From Diploschistes diacapsis (lineage: Eukaryota): a DNA stretch of 45,730 nt. Numbering within the stretch: position 1 is the stretch's first letter; each line of letters opens with the position of its first letter. Positions 15,001 through 28,333 of the stretch are shown here, one piece after another. The stretch lies in NCBI GenBank assembly GCA_023645945.1, contig JALAIB010000027.1:1-45730 (forward strand). The letters are read 5' to 3'. The translations under genes were made by a program, and so were the position numbers. The notes below the pieces were generated by a model. It searched no databases and had not been told where the DNA came from. It saw nothing but the letters and a program-made list of their open reading frames with translations.

Positions 15001-18000
15001 GCGCTCCCTAGCTTCTGCCCAACTCTCATCATTTTGGGTGATCTTGGCCTGTGCGGCCTCTGATGACGCTCTAAGTTCAACATTCTCTAGCCTGAGTTCA
15101 TTCAGTTCGCCACGAATCTTTTGGACTGCCTTGGCAGCCTCCGCATGCTTGACCAACTCAAAATCATAGTTTTGTTGGGCTTGTTGGGCAATCTCCGCTT
15201 GCTTTTTAAGGTCTTCTTGATGATAGTAGGCTGCTGCTTCAGCGCGCTCAATCTGGTCCTTCAGTTGCCCAACTTCAGTTTCGTGCTTAGTCTTTTGTTC
15301 CTCGGTTCGGCGCGAGTGTTCTGCGCTTTGGATTTGTACGGCTTGCAGCTCGGCGTTAACACTTGAAAGTTCGGAGCGGATATTCTCGATGATTCCTTCG
15401 AGTTCTTTGATTTTGCCGTTCTTTTCCTCAATAGCGCTGTCCGTCTCGATCCGATATTGATCGTGGGTTTCATTCAGACTCTGTAATTCTTCCTCAGAGC
15501 TTTGGCTGATGGCTTTGTACTGGTCGATAAGAGATTTGTTGTCCGCTAGCTCTTTCTGGGCAAGCTCTAAGTCACGCCTCATTTCCGAGATCTCCAGGCT
15601 CAGTTCTTGCTCCCGACTGACATCTCCCTGTGTTGCTGCTTGTTCCTGGTCTTGCAGCTCTCCATTTTGTGAACTTGAACGAGGCTGCAAGACATCCAAG
15701 CGCTCCTGTGCGCTTCGAAGCTCGACAGTCAACTCGTCAGCTCTTGCCTGGAGATGTTCTCGGGTAGTTTTCGCAGCGACCAATTCCTCGCGTACTGCAC
15801 CCAGATTCGTCATGAGGTCTTCGATGCGCGATGCGCTTTGTTGGCTGTCATACTCCCGACGCAAAGCAGCGCGCTTGTTTTCTTCGACTTCCTCCTGAAG
15901 CTTCCTCTTGGTCACCTGCAACTCATTCTCTAAGGCTTCTAACTGAGATTGTAATCTGCGACGGGTTTCGCTTTCAGAATGCTCACGCTCATTTAATATG
16001 TTCTGAACATTGGCATTGAGCATGTTAAGTCGCTCACGATCTGCAACAAGAGATGCATTATCTTCATTCAGCCGCTTTTCTACAGTCTTCCAGAAGTCCT
16101 TTTCGGCCTTCAGATTAGCAGCCTCGTTCCGCAAACTCTCTGCCAGGCCTTTGGCCTCTACCAAGTCTTCTGCAACCTGCTGTGTGCGGATCTCTTGCTT
16201 GGTCAACCTCTCTGAAACGTTCTGCGATCTTTTTCTAAGCTCCTCGTTTTCATTCTTCAGCATGGCGTAATTTCCGTTGAGCATCTCGTAGCGATCAACA
16301 GCAAGCGTGGCCTCGCTTGTTTTCCTCGATACCTCTGTTCGTAACTCACCATTTTGTTTCGAAAGAGCATCCGATTGCTCTCGAATGATAGATTGGTGTG
16401 TCGCGGCTTCTTGTCGATAGTTGTCGTATTGGGCCTGCAGCTCTTTCAAAGCCTTTGTGAACTCGGCCACATCCTTTGTGGACGGAGAGTGCGCAGACAT
16501 TAAGGAGACGCCGTTTTGGGTTGGTGTAGCGGGTGGTTGAGAATTATTGACGGATTCTCCAAACAGGGCAGCAAGATCAGCACCAGCCGGTAATTGTCCA
16601 CGGTGCGAAAGCATCCTTCTGAACATGTCTCGTTCCTTGATGTAACTTTGTGACTGAGTCATGAGGATCTTGATTTCCTCCTTCGATCTCTCGAATCGCT
16701 GGCGAAGATCGTCCAGCTCTTCTTGATTTTGAGCGGCCTGAGCCTTTGCGGCCTGGGCCTCCTCGCCTTCCATCTTCTCGCCAAGTTCTCGAGTGAAACG
16801 CAGTAGTCTCTGATTCTGCTCCTGAAGCTCTGCTAAGTTACGGAAGGTGGTGAGATGTTGCCCAATGAAGCGATTAGTGTCTGTCGTAGTCTCGGAGAGC
16901 TCGCTGTCCAGATCGCCTTTTGCGAGAGTTTCAAGCCTTGCTCGTTCCTCTTGAGTAAAACCCTCGAGCCCCTCATTTTGAGAATTGACCTCCATTAATA
17001 GTATTTTGACCTGAGAGCTCAAGTCTCGCAATTGCTGCCGAAGTACCTCACCTTCCCTTGTCAATCCCGCTACTTGGCGTTCCCATCTTCTCGCCTCCTT
17101 CTTTGCTTGGTCCCGCTCTCTTCCAACAGTATCGACAAGACCCGACATCTCCAGGATATCAGACTCCAGGCGCTTGTGGTCGGTCTGCAACTCTGTGATC
17201 TCGGGCTGCCGAAGTTCCATATCACGTATCATCTCGTCAATAGTAGAGCTCAGCTTTTCGTTCCTCCTTCTCTCATTGTCGAACTCGTTCTTAGCTACGT
17301 GATAGTCTGTTATCAATTGCGTATAATTAATGCCACCTCGGACACCTCCGGTGAGCGGGGTCATCGCACGGGAGACCGAGCCCCGACGAGGTGTGTTAAT
17401 GTTACTGGCATTTCCGCGTGATCTTGGTGTTCCTGGACTTTCGCCAGGGTCAGCGGGAAGTCGCGCATCGACCTCGAGACGCTCGATTTGAACTTCGAGC
17501 TCGATTATCCGACGTTCTGCTGCCTCTCGTTCCTGGTGCTCTCTTTCGATCTCAGTACTGATTCTCCCAATTTCGTCGGCTGCAGACTCTTTAGCTTCGT
17601 CGAGCTGACAAGACAGGTCCTGGTGTCGTTGGCGTTCAGTGTCCAGGGAAGTTTTCAGCAAGTCCGTCAGGCGGTTGCCAGTCTCGATTTCAGCCTTTAG
17701 ATTCTCTACGTTCCGCGCATTCTCCTCACGCAAGTTGTGCATATGCGTCGAATACTCTTCGGCCCTCTCATTGACTTCCTGCAGTCTTGCACGCAAACTC
17801 TTTTCAATTCGTTGCAAGCTTTCGATGTTCGTCATAGCGTCTTCGTTCTGCTGTTGTAGCTCCGAGATTCTCGCACTTTTCTCCTTTCGGAATCTAGAAT
17901 ATTCAGCAGACTTCGTCGTTAATTCCTGATCGAGCCATTCATTATGACGCTTCAAGGATTCGGCTTCTTGTTGGGCATCTTGTTCGCGGAGTTTGCAAGA

Positions 18001-18609
18001 CGTCAAAGATGTATTGGCAGCGCTGAGAGTTTGCTCTGTGCTAGTTATGTCCCTTCGTAGCTCGACGACTTTCTGGTGCTTTATGGATAACTCGTTTGCA
18101 AGGTCATCACAAGCGGACGATTTCTTCTCGAGAAGCGCAAGTGTGTCTCGCAGCGACCCTTCGAGACTTGCAATGCGTATCTGTAGCCTACTAGTCTCCG
18201 AGTCGGATGCTGAAGTTGAAGATTTGACCGATTGCAGTTCCAACGCCAACGCTTGTCGAGAGGATTCTAGGCTTTGCATTAGCTTAGTCGATACTGCAGC
18301 AATTGACAATCTACCTTCATCTTGTAGTTGCTGCCTTAACCGCGCATTTTCTTCTAACGTCTTATCCAACGAACTCTTGATCGCGCGTGACTTGGCATCA
18401 CCGGACCGCACCGCGTTTTCAAGCTCGACCTTCAACCTCAACTTGGTCGACTGGGACTCCTCATAGTCGCGCGCCTTCTCTGCAACCTTACTGAGTACGG
18501 ATGCCACGAGATCGATCGTCGGCGCAGAGAGAAGCGTGGTGACTGCATCGGCAGAGACATTGGCGAAAGATGCGAGACGCGATACGTCAAGCTCTGCGGC
18601 TGCCATCAT
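12032..18609 (-). CDS. MLP1: Nuclear basket coiled-coil protein Mlp1/TPR
   Basis: Coiled coil of about 2100 aa over two long ORFs, with LTTFRNLAELQEQNQRLL, YIKERDMFRRML, AQQNYDFELVKHAEAA and a Gly/Arg-rich disordered tail. Confidence 0.9.
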
Positions 18610-19205
18610 GTAGTATAAGCGCCAAATAAGTCTAATCACAATCAAGCCATCGAGACAGACACTACGAGCTTCTGTTCAGGACATCTGGGGTGCGTAGCTC
18701 GAGATGGTACACAATCCCGGAGGCTGCGCGAAACGTGTGAGAGTATGTGAGAAAGGGAGAAACAACAAGTAATGAGGTAACACAGATGCTCTACGCCTCC
18801 CACATGCTGAAAATACAATGGTTAGTTGTTGACGCAGAGTTGAATAGTGTAGAAATCAGTTGTCCGCCGCAAAAAGTTTAGCGCGTTAAGTGAACGGCTA
18901 AAGGCAGTGAAAGCTCAGCCCTACGATGGCGCTACCTAGGTGGGTCATCACTGAACAGTGAGTGTTTACAGCATCATGTACGATGGCACTTAAGTATAGT
19001 ATGAAATGATCTTCTTTGTTTGATCAACTTCGCGCGCTTGTGGATTTAATGACGAACTCACTTCGTACTATCTTAGCCGTGGTCGGTCCTGGCGAATGAT
19101 CGTATGACATTTAAGGGGCCCATAAAGCAGTATCTTCGTCGCCTTGCTTTTTAGCACTGATCTTACTCCGAGTGCTACTAAAGACGAGACAGTCAAGCCG
19201 GCAAG

Positions 19206-20078
19206 ATGTCGAAGCTCACCAACGGCGCTAGTTCTTTCAGAGCTTCTGCGCTGAGCTCGAGTTCAGGATTGACTGGCGCACGGCCTGCCGCGAATTCTAG
19301 TCCTTCACCGGCTCCTTCTCAGGCGGCGGCATCCGGCACTCAGAACTTGAGAAACAGGCAGGCAGGGCCAACTCCTTTGAGGGCAGATGCAATCTACTCA
19401 CAACCTGCTGATACTGGGTCTGGCACGTCGCTCTTGACTCAGATCCACTATGCCGTTCAGAATCTGAAGGAGAAAAGAAAGGCTTCTACGGCTGAAGAGC
19501 TTATTTCTTATCTATCACTTCACGGCCTCACCGATCATCAGGTCGAGGTTTTCAAAAAAGCCTTGCGTGACAACCCGCAGATCTTGTTCGATCCCGCAGG
19601 TTCCGACGGGAAGGGCATTTATTCGTTCAGGTCTAGGTACGACATTCATAATCCGAGCCAACTTCTCCGTCACCTTCAAGGGTTACCAACCTTCCAAGGG
19701 CTCCCAGCACCACTCCTCGAAGAAGGCTGGGAAAATTCCGAACAAGGTATCCGAGATCTGGAGTCGAATCACAAGCTGCTTGTTTTACGCAGCAGAAAGG
19801 ATGACAAGGCAAAAATGGTCTGGCTGGATGATCCCACTCTCTCTCGCAGTATTGATCTTGAGTTCCGCGATATGTGGAGCAGGATAAAGCTCCCAGACCC
19901 AGAGACTACGGCGGCAGAGCTTGAACGGAACGGCCTGGTGCCAGCGAACAAATCTAAGAAGCCCAAGGTGGTTACAAAGACTACGGAGAGGAAGCCAAGG
20001 AGGGCGAAGAAGTCTGGACGGATCACGAACCAGCATATGCAACATCTTCTGAAGGATTTTTCCAGTATGAGGAAATGA
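19206..20078 (+). CDS. TFA2: Transcription initiation factor TFIIE beta subunit
   Basis: TQIHYAVQNLKEK, winged-helix-type region, IDLEFRDMWSRIKLP and basic tail ending RITNQHM. Confidence 0.9.
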   Translation: MSKLTNGASSFRASALSSSSGLTGARPAANSSPSPAPSQAAASGTQNLRNRQAGPTPLRADAIYSQPADTGSGTSLLTQIHYAVQNLKEKRKASTAEELISYLSLHGLTDHQVEVFKKALRDNPQILFDPAGSDGKGIYSFRSRYDIHNPSQLLRHLQGLPTFQGLPAPLLEEGWENSEQGIRDLESNHKLLVLRSRKDDKAKMVWLDDPTLSRSIDLEFRDMWSRIKLPDPETTAAELERNGLVPANKSKKPKVVTKTTERKPRRAKKSGRITNQHMQHLLKDFSSMRK

Positions 20079-20326
20079 GCTCAGAGATAGTCACGATAAT
20101 AGGACGTTCCATTATTGACGCCGGTGGGTTTTGACTACAGACTCGGTCATTCCAAGTACATCGTATAGAGTTCGGCTCAGAGATTGGCGTTCATGGGAAT
20201 TGGCACAGCCCGTAGCATTGGCAGGTTCGGGTCTTGAATATTATTTCTCTAGATACCCAAGGCTTTTATTCCTGAGATAGGCGCAGATCTTGGGTTTCGG
20301 TTGGAATCAAGTACTAGTCATTGAAT

Positions 20327-21110
20327 CTATTCGTTTGCGCATTTATATCCGTTCACCTTGCCGTCTATCCTGTCCAGATACTCCACTAGCGCCTCGATAG
20401 TACAGACCTTGAGCCCTTTCGCTTTGCCGAAAGCCAAGCAGTCATCCCTCCTCATCATGTCCCCGCCTGTGTCCTCGAGGGCCGACCCGGCCTCGCCCTC
20501 CGGCTTCACGAGCTCCGAAATGACCGCCACCTCTCGCACCCCCGCCAGCCGGCAAAAGTCCACCGCCGCCTCCGTGTGGCCCTTCCTCTCCCTCACACCC
20601 CCCTTCCGCGCCCGCAGAGGGAAGATATGGCCCGGCCTCCTGAAGCTCTCCGGCGTCGCGCTGGGCGAAGCCAGCATGCGACACGTGAGCGCGCGGTCGT
20701 GGGCCGACGCGCCGGTCGTGACGGCCGCGTCGGCCGCGTCGACGGACACGGTGAAGGCGGTCTGGTGCGGCTCGGTGTTGTCGGCGACCATCTGCGGCAG
20801 GCGGAGGCTCTGGGTGAGGGCGGCGCTCATGGGCGCGCAGACGATGCCGGTGGTGTGGGCGACCATGAAGGCGAGCTTGCGCTGCGTGATGTGCGAGGCG
20901 GCGACGATGAGGTCGCCTTCGTTTTCGCGGGACTCCGAGTCGAGCACCACGATGAATCGGCCGTTCTCTGGCGAGGGGGGAAGGTCCTCCGTTAGCTCTC
21001 CCGTGCTCTTGATGTGTGGGAGGGTTTTTGCGGACGAGAGCATGGGGCTTACTAAAATCCTCGACTACGTCTTCGATCGAGTCAAACTTTGGCTCTGCTG
21101 GGCCGGACAT
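20327..21110 (-). CDS. RIB3: 3,4-dihydroxy-2-butanone 4-phosphate synthase, 2 exons
   Basis: Exon 1 MSGPAEPKFDSIEDVVEDF; then VVLDSESRENEGDL, TAFTVSVD, SAHDRALT, FRRPGHIFPL and RKGHTEAAVD. Confidence 0.95.
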
Positions 21111-22414
21111 CGTATCGCGCGTCCTTGCTACCTCATGCGGCATTTTGCCTCCTTTCCGCACAGAGCTACTGCTTCCCACGGGGGTTGGGCGAGTTATGCT
21201 AGTCGCACTCAAGGGGCGTGATAAAATGTTTTATTGTTCTAAGGCTCTGAAAAGACTGAAAGCGCCCTCGAGCCATGATATCGCTCTCCGACGAGTGTTA
21301 TTAATCACCTCAAATGCGTGACTCTTCTAAGATTTTTGCAACCCCTTACCAATGATGACCATAGCGCCCACCAAGGCCTTTCTCGGATTCCGAGGTCTGA
21401 TTGTGCGCCGACCTACCCCGACTTCCGTTAAAGTTTCTCGGGCCGAAGCAGCCTTTACACAATTTATCTTAATGGCTAAACACCCCCGTAATAGTAATAA
21501 TCTACGATTCCAAATCTACGACGTTTGGCCGCGACTTCCGACTATACTTTTCCCTCCACAGACTTGAGCTATCCAACTCTGACACATTCCGACTTCGCCG
21601 ACATGTACGCCTATTCTGTCAGCAGCGGAACCTACATAAAAAAGGAAATGCCCAAATCTACGACGTTTGTTTGCGGAACCTAAAATGTAGGGGATATAAG
21701 TACAGAAACCATATCGGTTATGTACCAGATGAGACCGAAAAGTTAGGATGCGGTCTCCGCACACCAACGACCTGCTGTTGCAGGGCTTACAGTATAAATA
21801 AAGCGAACCAATCAACATTGAAAACATGTTCGACCCCAACTAGGTACAGCTAATTGGTTAGCTTAGTTTTCGAGGCGGGGCCATCATCATCCCCATCAGA
21901 TCCATAGGGGATATATGCATAAAACAAATTTTTTCAGTTCGTGATGTTCCTCCATGTGCCCTGCTGAGGAAAGCTGCTCATGCGCCGCTTCACCTGTATC
22001 GCTACCGGCTATGACATTCTAAGGCGTCTTCCACGGAGAATTGGTATCAGATCCTACTACCATGGGAATGTAAGAGGAGGGGAATCTGTCAACTTGGGCT
22101 GTGGGGTTGTATTCCGTTGTGATGCCGGTCCTGTGCCTCGGAAAAGCTTGTTGCTGTAGGTTGGCCTTTATCAGACCGTGAGCTTCGGGGTTTGTCTTTC
22201 TTCATTCGTGCGCAAGTATACGTACAGGTTTGGATGCGACTTTCGAGAGGCATTACTTAACACAATCTACTCGCCATTTTAAAACCACCAGTTCGTCAAC
22301 AAGACCATACTTATATCACTTTCTTTTCCTCTTTTTAGACTGGCGCCTCACTTACCACTTTACAGCCCGCAACGATTCAACCAAAGGACTTACGTAGCTC
22401 CATCGACTTCCGAG

Positions 22415-23113
22415 ATGGCTTCTGAAAGTACGGTCTCCAACGTTCAGTATGCGGACTAAATCTGACTCGATACATTAGACGCTGTGACTCGCGCCCACGC
22501 ATCTAACAAGGATTGGGCTTCGTCGATCGCTTCAACCCATCCGGACCTCCTGCCATCGCTGGCCAAGGGCCAAGCTCCTCCCATACTGTGGATCGGTTGT
22601 TCGGACTCGCGCGTCCCCGAAACCACCATTCTCGGCCTCAAACCAGGAGATGTCTTTGTCCACCGCAACATCGCCAACATTCTGCACGCCTCGGACATGT
22701 CTTCGCTGGCGGTCATCGAATATGCTGTGGCTGTTTTGAAGGTTCAGCATGTCATGCTGTCGGGCCACACGGGTTGCGGCGGTGTTAACGCAGCTCTGGG
22801 GAACGCAAGCGTGGGAAGCGTCTTGGACGGATGGTTGATGCCGGTACGGAAGCTGAGAGCGCAGTTCGAAACGAAGCTTGCCGGCATGGCGAGCCATGAG
22901 GAGCGTGCAGCCTTCCTCACCCGTGAAAACGTCAGACAGGGAGTCAAGAGCATAAGATCCATGGGCGTAGTGGACAAGGCAATCAGGGAACGAGGCATGG
23001 ACGTACAAGGGGTCGTGTATAATGTTGGTACTGGTTTGCTTGAAGGAGTAGAAGGGACTGAAGAGCAACCGGAAGAAAGGAGCTGCAGGGAAACTGTCTT
23101 CAGGGTTATGTAA
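22415..23113 (+). CDS. NCE103: Beta-class carbonic anhydrase, 2 exons
   Basis: GQAP-ILWIGCSDSRVP, VFVHRNIAN and GHTGCGG zinc ligands. A short first exon MASE is followed by a GT-AG intron. Confidence 0.92.
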
Positions 23114-23278
23114 ACGTTGGAAGCACACATCGTCCACACCCTAGTTTTCAGACAATATCTTCACACAGGAATATGAGCTTACTGAATTAAAGTTGCTTGC
23201 GTATGGAATTGATTTCTGGTATGCAGGTCACGAACAAACATGACATGTATTTCGCTCACGTGTCTACCGACCGATTTT

Positions 23279-25090
23279 TTACCGCATTTCCGGACGATAT
23301 CGACGACCACGGGACCAACGGGTCTGCCGCGTCTCTTGATATTCTGTTCGAGGATAATCCAGAGTACCTTTTGCCCAGCGCGAATCCCATCCAGCCAGGA
23401 CGGATGTGTTACTCTTGGATGATACCTGTCTAAGAACAGAATGAGCGCCACAGTACGTATGTTCAACGAGCACGAGATTGGTTGCCAATTCCTCTACTTC
23501 TGGTCCAGATCTAGGCTCGCCGGGGCGGTTCGCATATGGTAGGCGAGCATGCGGTCGAGAAGACTCATCACTTAGCGAATACAGATCCAGTTGAAGAACG
23601 CGATTCTCTAAGCCAGCGTAGAAGGACGGGGAATACGGGGAGGCCTTGGCAAGGGAGTAAACTGGAGAGGTCTTGCGAGGGAGGTTCGAATTGGTTAAGA
23701 AGATGTTGTATCCTGCCCCATATTCGCTTGAGCCAGACTTGGTAAGATCCTGCCCCTCCTCGACCCCCCGAGTCCCGTGAAGATCCTTGGAGGCATACAC
23801 GTGGCTCCCAGACAAGCGCAGGTCAAAAACCTTGACGCAGCTATGCCTACCACTGCCAGCGACGAACCGATCGTTGGCAAAGGCGCACAACGAATATATT
23901 GCTGAGCTGGTGTCAATCGGGTCTTCATAGGTTAGAGCAATATTCTCGGGGCAACGAAGGTCATGGAGAGTGACTACGCCCGAGTACCATCCTGTGAGGA
24001 AAAGATCGCGGCTTCGTGAAGTTAGTAGCGGTTCGATGGAGTAGACAGAGTCCATTTTCCCGGAAACGAAGGTTCGTAGTGGATTGCTCCTGATCTCTCT
24101 TGCTTCCACATCGAAGACACAAAGGGCGGAATATGCGGGACCCCTCCCCACTGCTAGCCGAGATTCGCTGAGAAATTTAATAGTCCATGTCGACGTTCCT
24201 TGATCTTCCTCCGCGACCGGTATTCTGGTTTCTTGCTGCTGGAGGGTTTTGGTTGGTAGAGCTTTGAAAAGTGCAACATCTCCATCCAAACACGCAGCTA
24301 GTAGTGGATCAGAAGCGGAGCTAGTGTCTGCTGAGCGAACGCCACAACCAGCGGTATCAAAAGCTTGTGTGCTAACCTCGCTATCCGACAGATGGACGTG
24401 CTCCAGCTGCCCGCTAGCTCGACCAACGATCAGATGATGGTATGGATGCGTTGATATCTGATGCGAGTCTAGTAGGTTTAGGCTCGTAATATCATCACGT
24501 CCATCCACGACGTTTGGAGGCTTCCAAAACATCCAGCACGGTTCAGGGTCATCTCTATCTTCCTCAACAACCGCATGCGTGACACGCAAGACAAGCTCAG
24601 CACCAGCGGCCCATGTGACCAGGTGCCTGTTCGACTGCTGATCATTGCCCTCCAAATAATCGCTGCATTCAAGAACGGGCTGATAACCCATGGACTGGCG
24701 TTGCGCGCTTCGTGCTTCGATATTTTCAACATTGTCCCGCTTCACGGGAAGTGGGAAGCTATAGGGGCCGGAACGAGCTGGCTGTAGTTCCCTCGCCACA
24801 AACGCTTTCCTGTGCCAAGCTCTGGAAAGCGCAACCAGTGATTGGGCCAAGCCTGACCAATCTGAGGATGTTCCTGCAAAAGGAAAGCGGCTCTGAACGA
24901 AAGTGCGGAAACCATCTTGCCTGACATAACGCGAAAAGCGCTTGCAGGTTAATGAGAGCTGTCGTAATGTATATGCAGACTCAAAATTGCTCACGACGGA
25001 ATCCAACACTTCGAAAGGTAGTTCATCTAGACTTGGTGGCCGTGACATGAGGCAAAGATTCTGGGGAAAGACTCTGAGAGAGTTGATCAT
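23279..25090 (-). CDS. F-box protein with degenerate WD40-like C-terminus (start 25090 or 25048)
   Basis: LDELPFEVLDSVVSNF...LRQLSLTCKRF F-box; LHDLR and VKVFDLR propeller-type motifs. Confidence 0.8.
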   Translation of the reverse strand: MINSLRVFPQNLCLMSRPPSLDELPFEVLDSVVSNFESAYTLRQLSLTCKRFSRYVRQDGFRTFVQSRFPFAGTSSDWSGLAQSLVALSRAWHRKAFVARELQPARSGPYSFPLPVKRDNVENIEARSAQRQSMGYQPVLECSDYLEGNDQQSNRHLVTWAAGAELVLRVTHAVVEEDRDDPEPCWMFWKPPNVVDGRDDITSLNLLDSHQISTHPYHHLIVGRASGQLEHVHLSDSEVSTQAFDTAGCGVRSADTSSASDPLLAACLDGDVALFKALPTKTLQQQETRIPVAEEDQGTSTWTIKFLSESRLAVGRGPAYSALCVFDVEAREIRSNPLRTFVSGKMDSVYSIEPLLTSRSRDLFLTGWYSGVVTLHDLRCPENIALTYEDPIDTSSAIYSLCAFANDRFVAGSGRHSCVKVFDLRLSGSHVYASKDLHGTRGVEEGQDLTKSGSSEYGAGYNIFLTNSNLPRKTSPVYSLAKASPYSPSFYAGLENRVLQLDLYSLSDESSRPHARLPYANRPGEPRSGPEVEELATNLVLVEHTYCGAHSVLRQVSSKSNTSVLAGWDSRWAKGTLDYPRTEYQETRQTRWSRGRRYRPEMR

Positions 25091-27922
25091 GAATAAGTTC
25101 TTGGTGCAGAGAATGATGTCAGATCAGATCCTTGAATAGCCATCGCCAAGATTTTTACAGCTGATGGAAAATCGACTCTATCCCTTTTTCAAAACAAGAA
25201 AGAACGTCCATGTTTTGGAAGAACAGAGTTGCTGTGCCTGCCATGCTTATTTATATTAACTTGTAATCCTGTAGGCTAGTTGCCGTTGGGTTGTATTTGA
25301 GTCAAGAAACAAGCATCTCAACTCACAACTATAACCTTTTATAGGAGCGGCAGAGGTAGAGACGAAATGATTTTCTACCAAGCCCCGTTGTAATGCAAGA
25401 TAGCCTCTTCTGAAGCTCGTTGCCCCCTCCATGTATCGTCGTGCCCTTCGCCCCGCATGGGTCGAGGACCTTTACATTCTCGAGTGCCCAATTGATTTGG
25501 AGTTCCTGATCGAATGAATGGAGTATACACTTCAAGATTGTCGCTGTCATCTTCGGCTGTATTTATTCTATGCGCGACAGCCAAAGCACGCGTTGCTTGA
25601 TGCATTATTTCCCAGGAGTATATGAAGCTGATGAGCTCATGACCCTTTTACTCGGCCATCTGCAGAGACCATCAGCTATTAGAAATACTTTAAGATCCTT
25701 TTTAGCAATGGCCGTACCTTGGATGCTATTTCAACGCTGGAACACTCCGCGTTGCTCAAAGATACTATCATTGCTTCTTCACTTGACCATAGACGTTGAC
25801 TACACCCAAAAGATGAATGACGGAGGTACAACGGTAATGTCCCAACACCCTGGCGTGCTGGCAGGGTCAATCATCGAGGTTCATCTCAGGAATTGAGTCG
25901 AAACATTTGCAAGGCCTCAGCGATGGCTGTCTTGGTATGTTTGTAATTACCTCGGGGTAAGAGACGATACGGATTGGGTCTGAGATGACTGTACTTGGCT
26001 CGTCGTTCCGAGTAGACTATCCAGAGTGATCAAAGTTAGTCCCAGTTACGACTCGTAGTCATAACGATCCAAGGTATGGAAGCCTTTCAACTTCTAGGCT
26101 TACTGCTTTGTATCTCAGAGGATGGTATTTGCCCAACGGAGGTATCCAATTAAGTGGAACTCTTCGAGCATGCCAGACGCCAAATGTGCTCTCTGTAGTG
26201 CTTTGTTTGCATCTGCTGCGAGGTTCAGTTTGCCCTTCTCCTATTCCTACCATCCTGTGAAGGAAAGGCATGCTCGGCCTGGGCACATATGGTACCTTTG
26301 TCGATGTAGGCGGCAGGGTGGCTGCATTGGACACGTTGGCTATGTCATGTCGACGCGCTTTGTGTTCATATGATGCCGAATCAACCCGTCGTATTTGCTG
26401 ATGCATCTCGTTGCATCAGCAGCCCCGATATTTTGCTCACTCAATCGCGTGTCCCGTCCAGCCTGGAAAGGGCCTCTCATAGTCTCAAAGACCAGCAGGA
26501 ATATGTAACATGTTTGAACAACGGACTGTGGATGGAAGAGAGGGTTTTCCCTGTCAGTCATGTGACTTGCCATCGTGATGGGGATTCAAGTCACGCACCA
26601 AATCACCTGATCTTGGTAATTTGGGGTTGAAGACCACTTGAGCTGCAATGCTTCTTCACTGCTTGCAGCAGGATGGGCGGTTTGCAGAACATATGGACGT
26701 CATCCAAAGGTTCCTACTAGGCTCAAATTCGCGCAAGGGAACTATTCGGACATGAAATTACTGTATGAAAGGGAAAGGTGGTCTTAGAAGAGAACCGGGA
26801 TGCTGGTGGAGCTCAAACTGGCATGGGAACAAGATGCATGACAGGCTGGAGTTATGTTGAAGGTATCTTGTTTCTGGAATCACACGAATCACACGAAACA
26901 CCAGGAAACGCGCAATGATGTAAGGGAAGGAGGAAAGCACGTAACTAATCACTAGATACATCAAAAACAGACTGTAGAAGCGGAAGTAGGTAAGTACTCA
27001 AGCGAGAAAGTAGTTCAAGGTGGGTGATCTTGGAGCAGGCTTGCTTGCCCAGAAGACCATCCATTCCTTGTCCAACGTACATAGTAGCTGAGAGATTTCT
27101 TTAGCCTTCATGTTTCGGGTTCTGGAACTAGTTCGAGGCTGAGGCGCTGAGACAATAACTTCACATCCTACGCAGATATCTATCTACCTCTTTAGTAGTC
27201 TACCGGTAGCTACTAGGTAGGTTAGGTAGGTACAGTTTGGCCGTGCGCTCGTTGGTTGCTAGCTTGAGCGGGGATGACTCCGTATACCTTTCGCTAACAC
27301 TAACGGAGTAAAATATAACTCAAGTTATGGTATAGTATCTTATGTAAGGGTTAAGGGTTGAGGAGTTAGACGGAGCCCGTATGGTGGATCAGACTACCTG
27401 CCAGCGTGCTCCTGGACTGTATTGCGATAAATGACTGAGTCTTCTGGCGTCACCATCCGCCGTCTCAAAAACATACCCAAGATCTCTCAGCCAAATCTTC
27501 AGCTCCTTCCCTGCAAGATAAGGCTGCCGCTTGACAAAGTATGAGTTACCTGCCGGCCTGCAAGGACCCGCTCAAACAGTGCCCTTTCAAATTCCCATCG
27601 ATCAAATGCCATTTTCAGCGTGGCCCGGAGCATCCGGTGGGCAGAGTCACGGACTAAGATACACCACATTCAAGCATCAAGCACCTGGGTAGTTTGCGAG
27701 TACATGTACCCTTCCCACATAGGATGACTTGACAGCTCTGTAGATGCATGCATGGATGTATATATGCTCGGTGGAACTCGAATCCTTTTCCATCCTATCT
27801 GTGACTTTCATCCACCTTGTCGCCCTTGCATAGGCGGCAGTCCACCGTTCAGGTAGCCCCTCTCACTTTTGATCCTCTCTCAATCTCTGCCACAGCAGCA
27901 GCAGCGTGATGCTTCCGGCCAA

Positions 27923-28333
27923 ATGGAGGTGAGCTGGTGTCCCGACTCGTGCATTGCATGCGACAGCCAGACGGACGGCGGATTATACTGCTTTCAGTGC
28001 CAACCTCTCCCTCCGCTCTGTGGTATTGCAGCGAGGACTCTGCAGTCTGCCACAACAGTCTCTGCAACCTATTCAGGCGAGCGGCCACGCAGCACCGGCT
28101 TTTCACTCCCACCTGCCTTTGACTTCTCCCGGTTGCGAAAGAGCAATGCTCACTCGAGAGTCTGTGCGCCATCGAAAACCCCCAGATGGGTTTCCACATT
28201 CGAGATAGCAGATCAACGGAGACCAACCAGAGACAAGACGATTCTCTCAGACGAGAAGAAAGATTTGCTTGGCGGTTATGCGTCCTCCTTCGACCCCAAC
28301 CGCCGATGGAAAAGACGGATGATGATTCGTTGA
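27923..28333 (+). CDS. Ecl1-like (life-span regulatory) small zinc-binding protein
   Basis: N-terminal CIACDSQTDGGLYC, Ser-rich middle with FSLPPAFDF, and C-terminal YASSFDPNRRWKRR. The second Cys pair deviates from the usual YCS.C. Confidence 0.6.
   Translation: MEVSWCPDSCIACDSQTDGGLYCFQCQPLPPLCGIAARTLQSATTVSATYSGERPRSTGFSLPPAFDFSRLRKSNAHSRVCAPSKTPRWVSTFEIADQRRPTRDKTILSDEKKDLLGGYASSFDPNRRWKRRMMIR

Noticed and set aside
20358..21221. Long antisense and alternate-frame ORFs over RIB3 (likewise over MDP1, MLP1 and the LRR gene)
   Set aside because: Shadow ORFs expected from GC-rich coding sequence, with no recognisable motifs.
27345..27365. Telomere-like TAAGGGTTAAGGGTTGAGG
   Set aside because: Only two or three imperfect units, compatible with chance.
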